In this document: one piece after another, positions 25,541 through 38,853 of the stretch
Layout: every line of letters begins with the position of its first letter
Numbering within the stretch: the first letter of the stretch is position 1
DNA from: Vicugna vicugna
Lineage: Eukaryota
Assembly: GCA_013265495.1 (NCBI GenBank)
Contig: MU058844.1
Span: 10,376,184-10,440,183 of the forward strand
Direction: 5' to 3'
Length of the DNA stretch: 64,000 nucleotides
Translations under genes and position numbers: made by a program
Notes under the pieces: model-generated
The model's input: the letters and a program-made list of their open reading frames with translations, nothing else
The model's database searches: none
What the model was told of the DNA's origin: nothing

Positions 25541-25881
25541 TGTTTTCCTTTAGGCAGCTATAACAGAGCACCATAGACTGGGTGGTTTATGAGCAACAGA
25601 TTTGTTTCTTACAGTTTTGGAGGCTGGTAAGTCCAGGATCAAGGTGGCAGCAGAATCTGGTGAGAGCCTGCTTCCTGTTCTCTCTGTCCTCACATGATGG
25701 AAGAGGGTGAGAGAGATCTCTGGGGTTTCTTATCAGATCACTAATCCATGGGATTATCATGAGGACTCCACCCTTGTGCCCTAATCTCCTCCCAGAGGCC
25801 CCATCTTCTAATACTGTTGCATCGGGGTTTACAATCTCAACATAGGAACTTTGGGGAGACACAAATATTTAGTCCATAACA
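25541..25881 (-). mobile_element. MaLR solo LTR (MLT1A-like)
   Basis: ccatagactgggtggttta...acagttttggaggctggtaagtccaggatcaaggtg...agtccataaca. Confidence 0.85.
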
Positions 25882-26757
25882 GATAACAAGTAACTAGAAT
25901 TTGTTGTAATAAAAACTATGATGGAGAAAAGAACAAAGTACTGAGCTAGCTGAGCCACCAGTTCCGTAAGGGAGTCAAGGAGGGCTTTATTAAGATGAAG
26001 TGGTGTTAAGCCCTGGGCCTTGACTGATGAGGGAGGATTCCCCAAGTGCATAGAGGGGACTCGGTAACATTCTAGCTAGAGCAAATAGCATGGTCGAAGA
26101 TACACAGGCAGGAGATAGTAGCATTGTATTACACGTCTACTGTGTGTCCAGCACTGCACTGGGGGCTTGCTATGCATCATTTCTAATCTTCACATTAACT
26201 CACAAGGTAGATGATTGTTATTTTTTTTCATTTTACAAAATGAGAAAGTTGAGCCTCAGAGAAGATGTGACGCCCAGAGTCCATACTGGCAAATTTAGAT
26301 TTGACTCCACATTTGTTTAGGTGCCTATATGCACACATTGGTTATCATTGATGGAAAGAAGGAGAGCTATGTTCTAACAGAGGAAACTTTGATGTGCAGA
26401 GAAATTCATGGTTGGGAGTGAATGGAGAACAGCTAAAGAGGAATGATACTGATCAGTTGTGATAGAGCTGATTGTCGTTCCAGGGAATTCAAACTTACTC
26501 AGTTGTGGTTTTTTGGTTTTTTGTTTTTTTTTTTTCAGTATTGTTGGCTGGGCATTTCCTTCCCCTGTTCATACCTAGTTATATAATAACTCACAGTTTC
26601 TAGAGTGGAAGAAGTTTTGGCTGCCTAATTTAAAGTCATTAAAGGAATTTTCTTGTTCAGAGACAAGTATCTGTTTAAGAATAGAAAACAATACAAAATC
26701 CTGTAAAAATAATATGCATATAATAGAATAAATCCAAATTTCCACATAGATTAAAAA

Positions 26758-26800
26758 GAAAATGAGACTAAGCTCTAAGAAAATGAGACTAGGCTCTAAG
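26758..26800. repeat. Tandem duplication, 21 bp x2
   Basis: gaaaatgagacta[a/g]gctctaa repeated head to tail. Confidence 0.95.
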
Positions 26801-28471
26801 CAAAATTTTACCAGGTGATTCTTTTTATTACAAAAATAATTCTGTACTACAGGTAGATTTGGGAATGACTTTTTGTGGGGGACAGGATGGAATGGACATA
26901 GGGGCCTCTGGTGATACTGAATTGCGAGATCCTGTTCTGAGTAGTCATGGAGAGGTTTTAGCTTAATATTGTCCCTGGGTTTAGACTTTGCCCTGTACTT
27001 GATATCAAAGTAGGTGTTAATTCCATTGCCAGATTCTTCTGGTTCATCTTAGAGTGCAGATGCTTGGAATACAAGTACTAAAGGATGGCATTGCCTTTGA
27101 GTCTTTTCTGCATATTATTTGTTCAGCTTCTACAAATGTGCCCTTCCTCGCTCCCTTTCTTTTACCCTCTCTTAGAGAAAATTAAGTGCTTCCCCAAGTC
27201 ACGTTTTAGAAATAGTGTTTATTTTTGATGGTATAAAGGTAATGCCTTCTTATTGTAGAAAATCTGAAATTAAACAGCAAAAGCAGGATTGTGCAAACAT
27301 CAGCTATAGATTACTGCTTTCAATTTGACTTATATTCCTTCATTATTATTTTTATGCATTGGAATTATATTGTATGTACATTTTTATAACCTACCTTTAA
27401 ACTTGACATCATATCATGAATATTATTTCCTATTAAAAATGTTTTGAAAGCAGAGGTATTAATTGCTACATATTTTTGTTTCATAAATGTAATTCCCACT
27501 ATGCAATGATTGATAACTATTACTTCATATTTTGGTATACAATTCTTGAGAACACACACATAAAATAATACATATCCAGAAACTTCATAATTTTACAATA
27601 TAACTTTTTTTTCATATCTTATGAACATCTTTCTATGCCAGTGAATATGTGGCTGTGTTATTCTTTTTTTTTCTACTAACTCTCCTAAAGTATTTATTCA
27701 GCAGATATTTCCTGAGAGCCTACTATGCCCCAGTGGGGACACAGCAGTAAAGAAAACAAAGCTTCTGCCTTCACTGAGCTTAGAATCTAATAGCACACAC
27801 ACACACAAATACCATCATTTCATAGCAATAATAATGTGTTGTTTTTCTTTTGTTGGCTACAGAATATTCCATAATTTGGATGTTCCAATAAAGCTACAAT
27901 ACATTTACTACCTTCTTGGTACTTACTGTATATTAGACACTGAACTAGGCCTCTCAGTCATTTGATTTGTTGTATTTGCTCTGTTATCAGCATTGCCGTG
28001 ATTTGGACAAACTAATTCGTGATTTTGTCCTTGGGCAATTTAAAATCTAATTTGGAGAAGTAAAGTTATATAAGATAATTTTGAAACATTAAAAAATGTA
28101 TAGTAAAGTGTTAAATATTATGTCATACTGTTAGTACAGAGAGGTGAGAGTTCCTAGAGGACTGAATAGTCTGGGAAGAGAGTATAAGATTTGAGCTGAT
28201 CTTGAAGGACTGATAAGAAATGAGCTGATGAAGAGAGTCATACTTCAGACTGAGAGAGCAGAGTGGGCAGTGGTACAAAGGTGAGAGTGGCAGCCTGATT
28301 GGGGTAGAGGGTTTATATTAGGAGATAGATAATATTTCAACTTTCAGACACATAGTGGTGGGATGCAGATATTATAGTTGATAGTTTGGTTTGATGTTAC
28401 CTTCAAAGCTCTACTCTGTGGATCATTTGAACCACTCACAGTTGTTTATAGTAACATTTCTTTTTAAATGA

Positions 28472-31070
28472 CAGGCATACCTCAGAGATATTGTGGATTG
28501 TTCCAGACCACCATAATAAAGTGAACATTGCAATGAAGCGAGTCACATGAAGTTTTTGGTTTCCTAGTGCCTATAAAAGTTATGTATACACTATATTGTA
28601 GTCTGGTAAATGTGCAGTAGCTTATACCTTAAAAAAAAAAGTACATACCTTAATTAAAAAATACTTAATTGCTAAAAAATGTTAACCAACATTTGAACCT
28701 CCAGCAAGTCTTTTTTTTTTTTTTTCTGGCTACTGTAGGGTCTTGCCTCGATGTTGATGCCTGCTGAATAATCAGGGTGGTAGTTGCTGAAGTTTGAGAG
28801 TGGCTGTGGCAGTTTCTTACGCTAGAACAATGAAGTTTGCCTCATCAGTTGACTCTTTCACCAATGATTTCTCTGTAGCATGCAATGCTGTTTGATATTG
28901 TTTTTATGCACAGTAGAACCTCTTTCAAAATTGGAATTGGTCAAAAAAACAAAAAACCAAAAACTGTAGAACCTCTTTCAAAACTGGAATAGGTCAGAAA
29001 AAAAAAACCTTTAATGAAAAAGAATATGAAAAGGAATAAAGGTATGTATATGCATGACTGGGACATTGCACTGTATACCAGAAATTGACACACTGTAACT
29101 GATTGTACTTCAATTAAAAAAGGAAGGAAGGAAGGAAGGAAAGAAGAGGAGAGGAGAGGAAAGGAAAATTGGAATTGGTCCTTTCAAACCCTGCCACTGC
29201 TTTGTCAACTAAGTGTAGGTAACATTCTAAATCCTTTGTTATTTCAACAGTCTTCACAGCATCTTCACCAGTAGGTTCTCTCTCAAGAAACCACTTGTTT
29301 TGCTCATCCATGAGAAGCAGCTCCTCATCCATTCAGTTTTTATCATGAGATTGCAGCAATTCAGTCACATCTTCAGGTTCCACTTCTAGTTCTCTTGCTG
29401 TTTCCGCAACACTTGCAGGTACTTCCTCCACTGAAGTGTTGAGCCCCTCGAAGTCTTCCACGAGGGTTGAGATCAGCTTCTTCTAAACTCCTATTAATGT
29501 TGATATTTTGACCTCTTCCCATGAATCACAAATGTTCTTAATGGCATCTAGAGTGGTGAATCCTTTCCAGAAGGTTTTCAGATTACTTTGCCCAAATCCA
29601 TCAGAGCAATCACTGTCTATGGCAGCTATAGCCTTACACAGTGTATTTCTTAAATAATAAGACTTCAAAATTGAACTTATTCCTTGATCCATGGATTGCA
29701 TAATGGATGTTATATGGGCAGGCATGGAAATAGCATGAATCTTGTTGGTATATCTCCATCTGAGCTCTTGGGTGACCAGGTGCATTGTCAATGAGCAGTA
29801 ATATTTTGAAAGGAGTCTTCTGAGCAGTAAGTCTTGACCGTGGACTTTAAAAATATTTAGGAAACCATGTGGTAAACATACGTGCTGTCGTCTAGGTTTT
29901 GTTGCTCCATTTATAGAGCACAGGTAGAGGAGATTTAGCATAGTTCTTAAGGGCCCTAGGATTTTCAGATGGTAAGTGAGCATTGGCTTCAACTTCAGGT
30001 CACCAGCTACATTAGCTCCTAACTGACAAGAGAGTCAGCCTGTCCTTTGATGTTTTGAATCCAGGCATTGACCTTTCCTCTCTGGTTGTGAAAGTCCTTG
30101 ATGACATCTTCCAGTATAAAGCTGTTTTTTCCTACACTGAAAATCTGTTGTTTAGTGGAACGCCTTCATTCATGATCTTAGCTCGATCTTCTGGAGAACT
30201 TGCTGCAGCTTCTACATCAGCACTGGCTGCCTCACCTTGCACTTCTGTGTTGTAGAGACAGCTTCTTTCCTTAAACCTCAGGAGCCAACCTCTGTTAGCT
30301 TCAGACTTTTCTCCTGAAGCTTCCTCACCTCTTAACTTTCATAGAATTGAAGAGAGTTAGGGCCCTGCTCTGGATTAGGTTTTGGATTAATGGAATGTTG
30401 TGGCTGGTTTTATCTTCTATCTGGACCACTAAAGCTTTCTCCATATTAGCAAAAGGCTGTTTTGTGTTCTTACCATTCAGTTCACTGGAGCAACACTTCA
30501 TTTTCTTCAAGAACTTTCCCTTCGCATTCACAGCTTGGCTACCTGGTGCAAGAGGCCTTGCTTTGGTCTGTTTTGACTTTCGATGTGCCTTCCTCACTAA
30601 GCTGAATCCTTTCTAGCTTTTGATTTAAAATGAGAGATTTGCAACTCTTTCTTTTACCTGAACACTTAGAAGCCATTGTAGGGTTAGTAATTGGCCTAAT
30701 GTCCATATTGTTGTGTCCTAGAGAATAGGGAGGCCTGAGAAGGGGAGAGATGGGGAACAGCTGGTTGGTGAAGCAGTCAGAACACACACAACATTTATCT
30801 GTTAAGTTTGCTGTTTTCTGTGGGTGCAGTTTGTGGCGCCCCAAAGCAATTATGATAGTGACATCCAGGATCATTGATCACAGGTTCCCATAACAAATAA
30901 AATAATGAAAATATTGCAGGAATTACGACAGCATGACTCAGACAGGAAGTGAACAAATGCTGTTGGAAAAAAATGGTGCTGATAGACTTGCTTGATGGCA
31001 GGGTTGTAAAAAAAAACACAGCATCTGAAAAGTGCAATAAAGCAAAGTGCAGTAAAACAAGGTATGCCTG
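28472..31070 (-). mobile_element. Near full-length decayed Tigger1 (pogo/TcMar) DNA transposon
   Basis: TIRs CAGGCATACCT and AGGTATGCCTG. Minus-strand transposase remnants: MASKCSGKRKSCKSLILNQKLE (ATG at 30676), QSMDQGISSILKSYYLRNT...KTFWKGFT, DEELLLMDEQNKWFLE. Frameshifted; about 2.38 kb after removing an internal insertion. Confidence 0.95.
28997..29164 (+). mobile_element. Short L1 3' end with (GGAA)n/(GAGAG)n tail, nested in Tigger1
   Basis: aatgaaaaagaatatgaaaa...ccagaaattgacacactgtaactgattgtacttcaattaaaa matches the end of the L1 at 1316-1859. Confidence 0.85.
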
Positions 31071-31072
31071 TG

Positions 31073-31500
31073 ATAGACTTTGTTAAAGCAGTTTTGGTTT
31101 ATGGAGAAACTGAGTAGAAAATATAGAATTCCCATGTACTCCCCTACTCCGTGTAGTTTCCCCCATTATTAACATCTTACATTGTGTGGTACATTTGTTA
31201 CAGTTGATGAATCAGTATTGATGAACCAATATTAAATAAAGTCCATAGTTTACATTAAGGTCCACTCTTTGTACTTTTTTTTTTGGTTTTGTCAAATGCA
31301 TAATGTCATGTATCTGTGATCACAGTACCATAGGGAATAGTTTCAATGCCTAGAAAATCTGTGCTTCACCTGTTTGCACCTCTTCCCCTTCCCCTGGCAA
31401 CCACTGATGTCTCCACTGTCTCCATACTTTTGCCTTTCCTAAATGTCTTATAGCTGGAATCCTACAATGCAGCCTTTTCAGACTGGCTTTTTGATTTTAG
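31073..31500 (-). mobile_element. L1MC-like 3' end
   Basis: atagacttt...gcagtttt...ggtacatttgttacagttgatgaa...cctggcaaccactgat; parallels the element starting at ~33010. Confidence 0.75.
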
Positions 31501-33021
31501 AAAAATGAATTTATGATCCCAACATTTCATTTTTATAAATCATATAATAATTGTATTAACCTAATTACCTAAGTTACGCCAGATGACAAACATTTATTAC
31601 CATTGAGGAGTTACAGCACAAATAAAGTGACGAATCAATGATTATAAAGTGAACAGTTGTTTAGCAGAATATGCCAAGGCTCTAATGGAAGTTCCAAAAG
31701 AGGAGCCCCTAAAATATTTTGGTTGATGATGATATTTTCATAAAACATGTGCATCTTCATAAGGTGTATGTAATGCTTTGAGAAGATCCTGTTGCTTATT
31801 TGATCATGTCAATTAAAGTATGTTTGTGTTAGAAAATTAATCATTACTTTCTAGTCCATATTTGTAGCTTTTTATGTGGTTTTTTTCCACTAAATATCTG
31901 ATCAGATGTTTTCACAAAGAAACAAATCTAATGTATCTTTGACTCTCCAGGGATCCTTAGAAAGGGATGTTCACTGATGGATTGGCAAATTGGTACATCA
32001 AAAGGTAAACATCTGGAGCTTAAGTGCTCTCTTTCTGCCTGGTTTCATTTCTAGATGGCACTATGTTTGAATTCAGAGAAGTTACTTCCACCTTCAGCAC
32101 ATAGAACATAAGACCTGTGTTTCTAGTCTATTGATTAAAACTTTTCCTGTGTCAATGAAATCTGTCCCTTCTTCTCCCAGGGGAGGGATTCAGTCTTGAG
32201 ATTGGTGGAATATTTTCCATGGTAAATTGATTAGAGAAAAAGGACTTCAATTATCTTCTTCAACACTTTTCATTTCATTGAATTCAAATTTAAAAGATTG
32301 AACACAAAAGAACTTTAGGCTATCACTGGTTCTGAAATAATAATTTGAATGTAATGTTTTCCTTTTTTTACCCTCAGTTTTCCATAAGAGGCTACTTAAC
32401 TTAGTATCCTCAATATTTAGCTCATTGTTTGCTATGCAGAATCAAGACTGACTTAATAAGAATGTGGTGTGTCTTCAATAAATAATTTCATTTATAAATT
32501 ATATTTTCTCCTAGATTTGTACTCTAAAATTACAAAATTTGAAGTTGACTTAAAATTTGGAATTCAGCTTACAATAGTCCCTTTTTATTGTGAACGGGCA
32601 GCTTTTAATGTTGTTATGTCTTCCAATGAATAGTTGAACATAACATGCTAGAAAATACCTGCCGAAAATTTTGTGTGGACATAAAGTCAGTTACAGTAAT
32701 TGCTGTTAGCTTGATATTTTGTAAATAACTCCCTTTACAACATTTGAGTCTCAGGAAGCCTCTTTTTTTATGTCAAGTGGAAATTTTCAGAATGAAACTC
32801 AGTAAGAGATATTCTTAGCATTTTGAAACCTACTGATTTTTCTATGAAGAATTTTCACTGTTATTGATTTGAATTTTTTTTTCAAGAAAAATTACTATTA
32901 CTTTGTGTAACATGTAAGATGGACATTATAATGGTAAAATGTTTTACCCATTTAATTTTATTTTGGTTCCAGGAACAGATTTGATAGTTTCAATATTTTG
33001 GTTTGTTTTTTAATAGACTTT

Positions 33022-33071
33022 TTTTTAACATTTTTTATTGATTTATAATCATTTTACAATGTTGTGTCAAA
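33022..33071 (-). mobile_element. Ultra-short young L1 3' end insertion
   Basis: T run plus a 44-nt L1 terminus, flanked by TSD taatagacttt (33011-33021 and 33072-33082). Confidence 0.85.
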
Positions 33072-35147
33072 TAATAGACTTTATTTTTAAGAGCAGTTTT
33101 AGGGTCACAAGAAAATTGAGTGTAAGATGTAGAGATTTCCCATATATCTCCTGTCTCTATACTTGCACAGCGTCTCCCATTGTCAACATCCCCTACCAGA
33201 GTGGTATTTTTGTTAGAATTGATAAACCTATACAGACACCCAAAGTCCATGGTTTACATTATGGTTCATTTTTGGTGTTGTATATTCTGTGGGTTTGGAC
33301 AAACGCACAGTGACATGTATCCACCATTATAGCACCATACGGTAGTTCCACTACCCTAAAAATCCTCTGTGCTGCATCTATGCAGTTGTTCTCCTGACCC
33401 CTGGCAACCACTGATCTGTTTACTGTCTCTGTATTTCTACCTTTTCCAGAACATCATACAGTATGTAGTCATTTCATACTGGTTTCTTTCACTTCAGTAA
33501 TATGCATTTAAGTTTCTTCCATATCTTTTCATGGCTTGATCACACGTATGTTTTTAGTGCTGAATATTTCATTGTTCGGATGTACCATTTATCCATTCAC
33601 CTACTAAAGGACGTCTTGGTTGCTTCTGTGTTTTGTCAGCTATGAATCAAGCTGCTGTAAATATCCATGTGCAAGTTTTTGTGTGGAAATAATTTTCAAC
33701 TTCTTTGGGTAAATACCAAAGAGCATGATTGATAGATTGTATTTTTAAGAATATGTTTAGTTTTGTAAGAAACTGTCAAACTGTCTTCCAAAGTGGCTGT
33801 ACTATTTTATATTCCCATCAATAATGAGTGAGAGTTTCTGTTGCTTCACAGCTTTGACAGCATGTGGAGTTGCCATTGTTCCGGATTTTAGCCATTCTAA
33901 TAGGTATGTGGTAGTACCTTGTTTTAATTTGCTTTTCTTTGATGACATGTGTTCCCATCTGTATATCTTATTTGGTGAAATGTCTGTTAACAGGTCTCTG
34001 GCCCATTTTTAAATTGGGTTGTTTGTTTTCTTTTTGTTGAGTTTTAAGAGTTCTTTGTATATTTTGGATAACAGACCTTTTTCAGATGGATCTTTTGTAA
34101 ATATTTTCTCCCTGACTATGGCTTGTAAATGTTTTCTCCCTAACTGTGGTTTATCTTCTTATTCTCTTGACAGTGTCTTGCAGAGCAGAAAATTTTAATT
34201 TTAATGAAGTCTAGTCTAGTTCATCAATTATTTCTTTTCATGGATTGTGCCTTTGGTGTTGTATCTAAAAAGTCATTGCCAAACCCAGAGTTATCTTGCT
34301 TCTCTCCTGTGTTAGTTATCTTTTAGGAGTTTTATAGCTTTAGGTTTTACATTTAGGTATGTGACCCATTTTAGGTTAATTTTTTTTGTGAAAGGTGTAA
34401 GGTCTGTGTCTAGATTCTTTTTTTTAACATGTGGATGTCCAGTTGTTGTAGCACTATTGTTGGAAAGACTATTTTTGCTCCATTGTATTACCTTTGCTTC
34501 AGTTAACTGTCTTTACGTGACTGTTTCTGGGCTATCTGTTTCATTGCTCCTGCTGGTCTGTTCTTTTGTCAGTACCACACTATCTTGATTACTGTAGGGT
34601 TATTGTAAGTCTTGAAGTTGGGTAGTGTCAATCCTCCAACTTTGATCTCCTTCAATATTGTGTTGTGTATTCTGGGTCTTTTGCCTCTTTATGTACATTT
34701 TAGAATCAGTTTGTTGATATCCACAAAATAACTTGCTGGGATTTTGATTGGGTTTTCATTGAATCCGTCGATCAAGTTGGGAAGAACTGGTGTGTTGACA
34801 ATGTTGAATCATTCTAACTATGAATATGGGATATCTCCCCATTTATATAGTTCTTCTGATGTCTTTCATCATAGTTTTGTAGTTTTCCTCATGTAGATGT
34901 TGTACATATTTTGTTAGATTTAAACCTAATACTTCATTTTTGGAAGGAGCTAATACAAATTACTGTGTTTTTAATTTCACATTCCCCTTGTTCATTGCTG
35001 ATAAGTAGAAAAATGATTGATTTTTAAGTAATAATCATGTATTCTGCAACCTTGCTATAATTGCTTATTAGTTTTGGAGTTTCTTTGTTGATTCTTTTGG
35101 GTTTTCCACATAGGTGACCATGTCATCTGTGAATAGTTTTCTTTCTT

Positions 35148-35205
35148 TTTTTTTTTTTTTTAACATTTTTTATTGATTTATAATCATTTTACAATGTTGT
35201 GTCAA
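35148..35205 (-). mobile_element. Ultra-short young L1 3' end insertion
   Basis: T run plus the same 44 nt, flanked by TSD tgaatagtttt[c/a]tttctt (35130-35147 and 35206-35223). Confidence 0.85.
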
Positions 35206-35634
35206 TGAATAGTTTTATTTCTTCCTTTCCAATCTATAAACATTTTATTTCCTTTTCTTACTGCATTAACTGGGACTATAGTTTTGTTTTTTAAGTTTAA
35301 ATTACCTGATTCCATGGTAATCTCTGAGGATACTTTTAAAAACAAGCAAAGGAAAAACCCTTTTGTAATTTAGTAACTTTCCTGCATTTTTCTTTTAGAC
35401 CTTGCTTACATACTATCAATGAGTTCTTTAATTGTTGTTGTTGTTGTTGTTAAAACTATTTATGTTGTTAAGGTGGGGGAAAATAATGAAAGTTTGCTAT
35501 GGAACAAGTTGTGATTGACAACTTTTGTTTCTTTCCTATTTCAAACAGACATCTAGCTTTAGCTTTTTGTGCACACAGGTTAAACATATTGACTTTTTCT
35601 TAGAAGAGTAATCCATTAAAAACAATAACTTTCC

Positions 35635-36165
35635 CCATGGTGTTAATCCTCACTGAGCTACATCCTCCCCCCCAGGACCTCTTTATAATCTTAAAAATAA
35701 TTGAAGACCCTAAAGAGTTTTTGTTTATGTGTAAATATTATTATATCTATTATTGTTTACTTTATTAGAAATTAAAACTAAGAAAATTTAGAAATATGTT
35801 ATTTATTTAAAAATAATAATAAACCTATTGCATGTTTAAATAAATAACATTTTTGTGAAAACTATTGTCCAAAACAAAAACTTAGAAGAGTAGCATATTT
35901 TTACATTCTATGAATCTCTTCATTGTCTGACTTAAAAGAATACAGCTGGATTCTCATAGCTGCTTTGTCATTTAGTTTGTCGTGTTATCATTTATCATGT
36001 AGCGTCTGAAAGCGTCATGTTCACTTATGAGAGCATGAGGGGAAAATAAAGCAAGTAACACTTTAGTATTATTGTAATGTAGAATATTTTTTACTTTGTG
36101 ATTCTCTGAAAGGGTCTTGGGGACCCATAGAGGGTGCCTGGACTGTGCTTTGGGGACTGCCGGTC
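35635..36165. mobile_element. hAT-Charlie family non-autonomous element
   Basis: ttgaagaccctaaagagtttttgtttatgtg...gaaagggtcttggggaccc...gctttggggactgccg; subfamily uncertain. Confidence 0.55.
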
Positions 36166-38504
36166 TAGCTCCATTTTTTTAGGGGTTGCAAAATGGTGAT
36201 ATTCTAATTCTTTCATTCCATTGTAACTTATAAGTTGAAATATATATATTTTTTAAATCTCTGTATTGTTCCAGTTTTAGTACATGTGCTGCCACAGCGA
36301 GTACTGAAGTATTTTATATAGAGAATTTTTATCACTTACCTAGTTACCTGGAGATACGGTTTGTACAAATAAGGTAGGCTACATGCTTGGTTCTTTCCCT
36401 TTAGAGAGATAGAAGCTTTATTGCATTTGTTCTACCATGTAAGAAAAAGAGAGGACCATGATGCCCCCTTGTACTAATTTAAACCATTTCTTCCAGGTAG
36501 ATACTCCTGCAGGGGAAAGAAAGCCCTCTGCTAATACATTTGAGTTGCCTTCTTAAATTATTGAGGTGCAGTTTGTATCTTACAGGTTGCTTATTTTAGT
36601 AGATATCATATAACATTATAATCTCTTAAAGAAACTGCTTGAAGAGTATAAAAAGAATTGGAAGCATCCAAGTTATCTGATGCTTTTACCTATTTGTCTC
36701 CTTATAGAAATTTTGTAAAGATTAACAGGATAATGTCTGAATGGTTTAAAGTTCTTGTATATTGTGAGATATATTATTGTTATGGGATGTTAAGCTTTGC
36801 TGCAGTTTGATTTTAGAAAACTGAACTTTCTAATCTACTTCCAGAATTGCTTCCAAAATTTGAGCACTTTTGAAGCAAGACTGGGAGTTGTAAGCTGTCA
36901 TAAATGATAAAATCCAGAGACTGAAACTTGGAATGGAATGAAGTCTGGAGAGAGGAGATGTATGTCAGAGTAGTGTAAGCAATAGATTAATTAGGCATAA
37001 TAAAATTTAATTTCTTGTTCTTAAACACAAGTAAAAGAGGGAGGTCGTCTTAATTTCTTACTTGTGTGTACTTGAGATGAAATGTAGAATCAGTTTTCCT
37101 GTACTTAATTTTTATTTTAATTGACTTCTGGAATTTTTACGATACAATAGAAATATGTTGAGATGAGTTTATTGAGCCAACCATCTGTAGATCTTAAAAT
37201 ATTTGGCAGTTTAAATAGCCATTTAATGTGGGTTAGAAGTGAGAAGGATGTGAATTGAAGGATGGAAAGAAGCTGAACTAAACAGAATAATCTGTCAGCA
37301 AAATAAATCTTTTCCTGTTAGACTTAATCTCTTACTGTTTTTGGAACTGATAAAAATTATTTTAGAGATTAGACTTTAATAGCATAGTTGTGGTTTGAAG
37401 GTATCTGTTTTAGATTTATTTGTATGCTATAACAAAAAATTTAATTCGAGTAATTTTTACATTTATAAAATTTCTTTGAAAATTACTTTTTTTTTTTTGA
37501 GACTCTTATGAGTAACCACCATCATTCCATGGAAAAAGATCTCAGTTTGGAAAAGTTAAATCTTTTCTTTCATTGTCCTAATCTGTTTTTAAAAAATATT
37601 TATTGGGGGTATATATCAAACCTTTTAATAGTTAAACCCTAACATATAAATATTGTTGATTTTTGGAAAAATATTTGGTGAACTGCCCCGCCTTCCTAGA
37701 AATTAAAGAGGAACTTTCCAGTTGTCAGTGATGAATGCAGTGACTGAATGTTCACTCCAAAGTTAAAAAAAAATTTAGTTTACATAAGGTAGTATAGTAG
37801 ATGCATATTGACTGTGCTCACACAATTATAAGTGAGTTTCGTTCTCATTCTTTTCTTAAAGTATAAACCTTGGACCTTTATAAAAAATGCTTAGTTTGAC
37901 CTTGAAATAATTTGGTGCCATTTAGTACTTTCTTTTAAATGTTGCATTAGAAGTGTTGACTTTCTGGAAAACAATATATGACCCAAAATAGGCTAATGCC
38001 ATGGGTTTAAAAACATAAACAAAAATATACTTTCAGGGCATGTTCCAGTAAATATAGTTAGTCAAAAAATTTGGTAGTTGTGGTTTATGGTAATTAATGA
38101 TCTAAAAGCATGACATGACCCTAAAGGGCCAGCATTTAGAGAAGACTCTAAGGTAGTAAAAAAACTTTCTCTTTGAATTTTTAATTTATAATATAATTTT
38201 TTTAATTGAGGGAGGTTTTTGCAGAGGTGTGGTGAAAAAAAATCATTCTAGCCTTCCTTTTTTAAATCTCTAAATCTTTTTGAGTGATGAAAACTCACTT
38301 CAAAAAAAATTGAGGGGCTAGTTGCAGGCCCCAGCCCTTGAACTAGTGGCCTCTGGTGACTATTTTAAGAACTATTTTTTGATTATGAAAATAATCATTT
38401 ATGAAAAATAGGTAAATATTGTCCTATTAAGTTTCTCACTAGGTCTAGTTATTTTTAATACAGTTTTTTGTTTAGAGTGTAAAATGAACTACTTTATTAT
38501 GAAC

Positions 38505-38853
38505 TGCTGTTGACTAAATGTTTATGTTCCCCTTTTCTTCCCCTCCAATTCAGTATGTTGAAACCTAATTCCCAGTGTGGTGGTATTTGGAGGTGGGGTC
38601 TTTGGGAGGTGATGAAGTCATGAAGTTGGAGCACTTATGAATGGGATTAGTTCTCCTACAGAAGAGGTTCTGGTGAGTTACGTTGCCCCTTTCACTGTGT
38701 GAGGAGAGCAAAGAGACCTCTATCTGTGAACAACCTGCCAGGGCCTTGATCTTGGACCTTCTAGCCTCCAGAACTGTGAGAAGTAAATTTCTGTTGTTTA
38801 TAAACCACCTAGTCTATGATGTTGTGTTATAGCAGACCAAAGGGACTAAGACA
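38505..38853 (+). mobile_element. MaLR solo LTR (MLT1A-like)
   Basis: TG...CA ends, TSD tgaac/tgagc, and ttggaccttctagcctccagaactgtgagaagtaaatttctgttgtttataa. Confidence 0.88.

Larger units (their letters stand above)
33010..35275 (-). mobile_element. Old L1 (L1MC-like) 3'UTR plus ORF2 fragment, ~2.2 kb
   Basis: Continuous antisense L1 motifs: ttccaaagtggctgtactattttatattcccatcaa, taccacactatcttgattactgtag, cttgctgggattttgattggg. Confidence 0.85.

Noticed and set aside
16468..26800. Short direct repeats (16468 and 26758) as CRISPR-like or other array systems
   Set aside because: Only two copies each, no spacers, mammalian intron; simple slippage duplications.
29114..30874. Tigger transposase ORFs as a functional TIGD1-like gene
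   Set aside because: Split across frames by frameshifts and stops and interrupted by an L1 insertion, so it is a fossil element.
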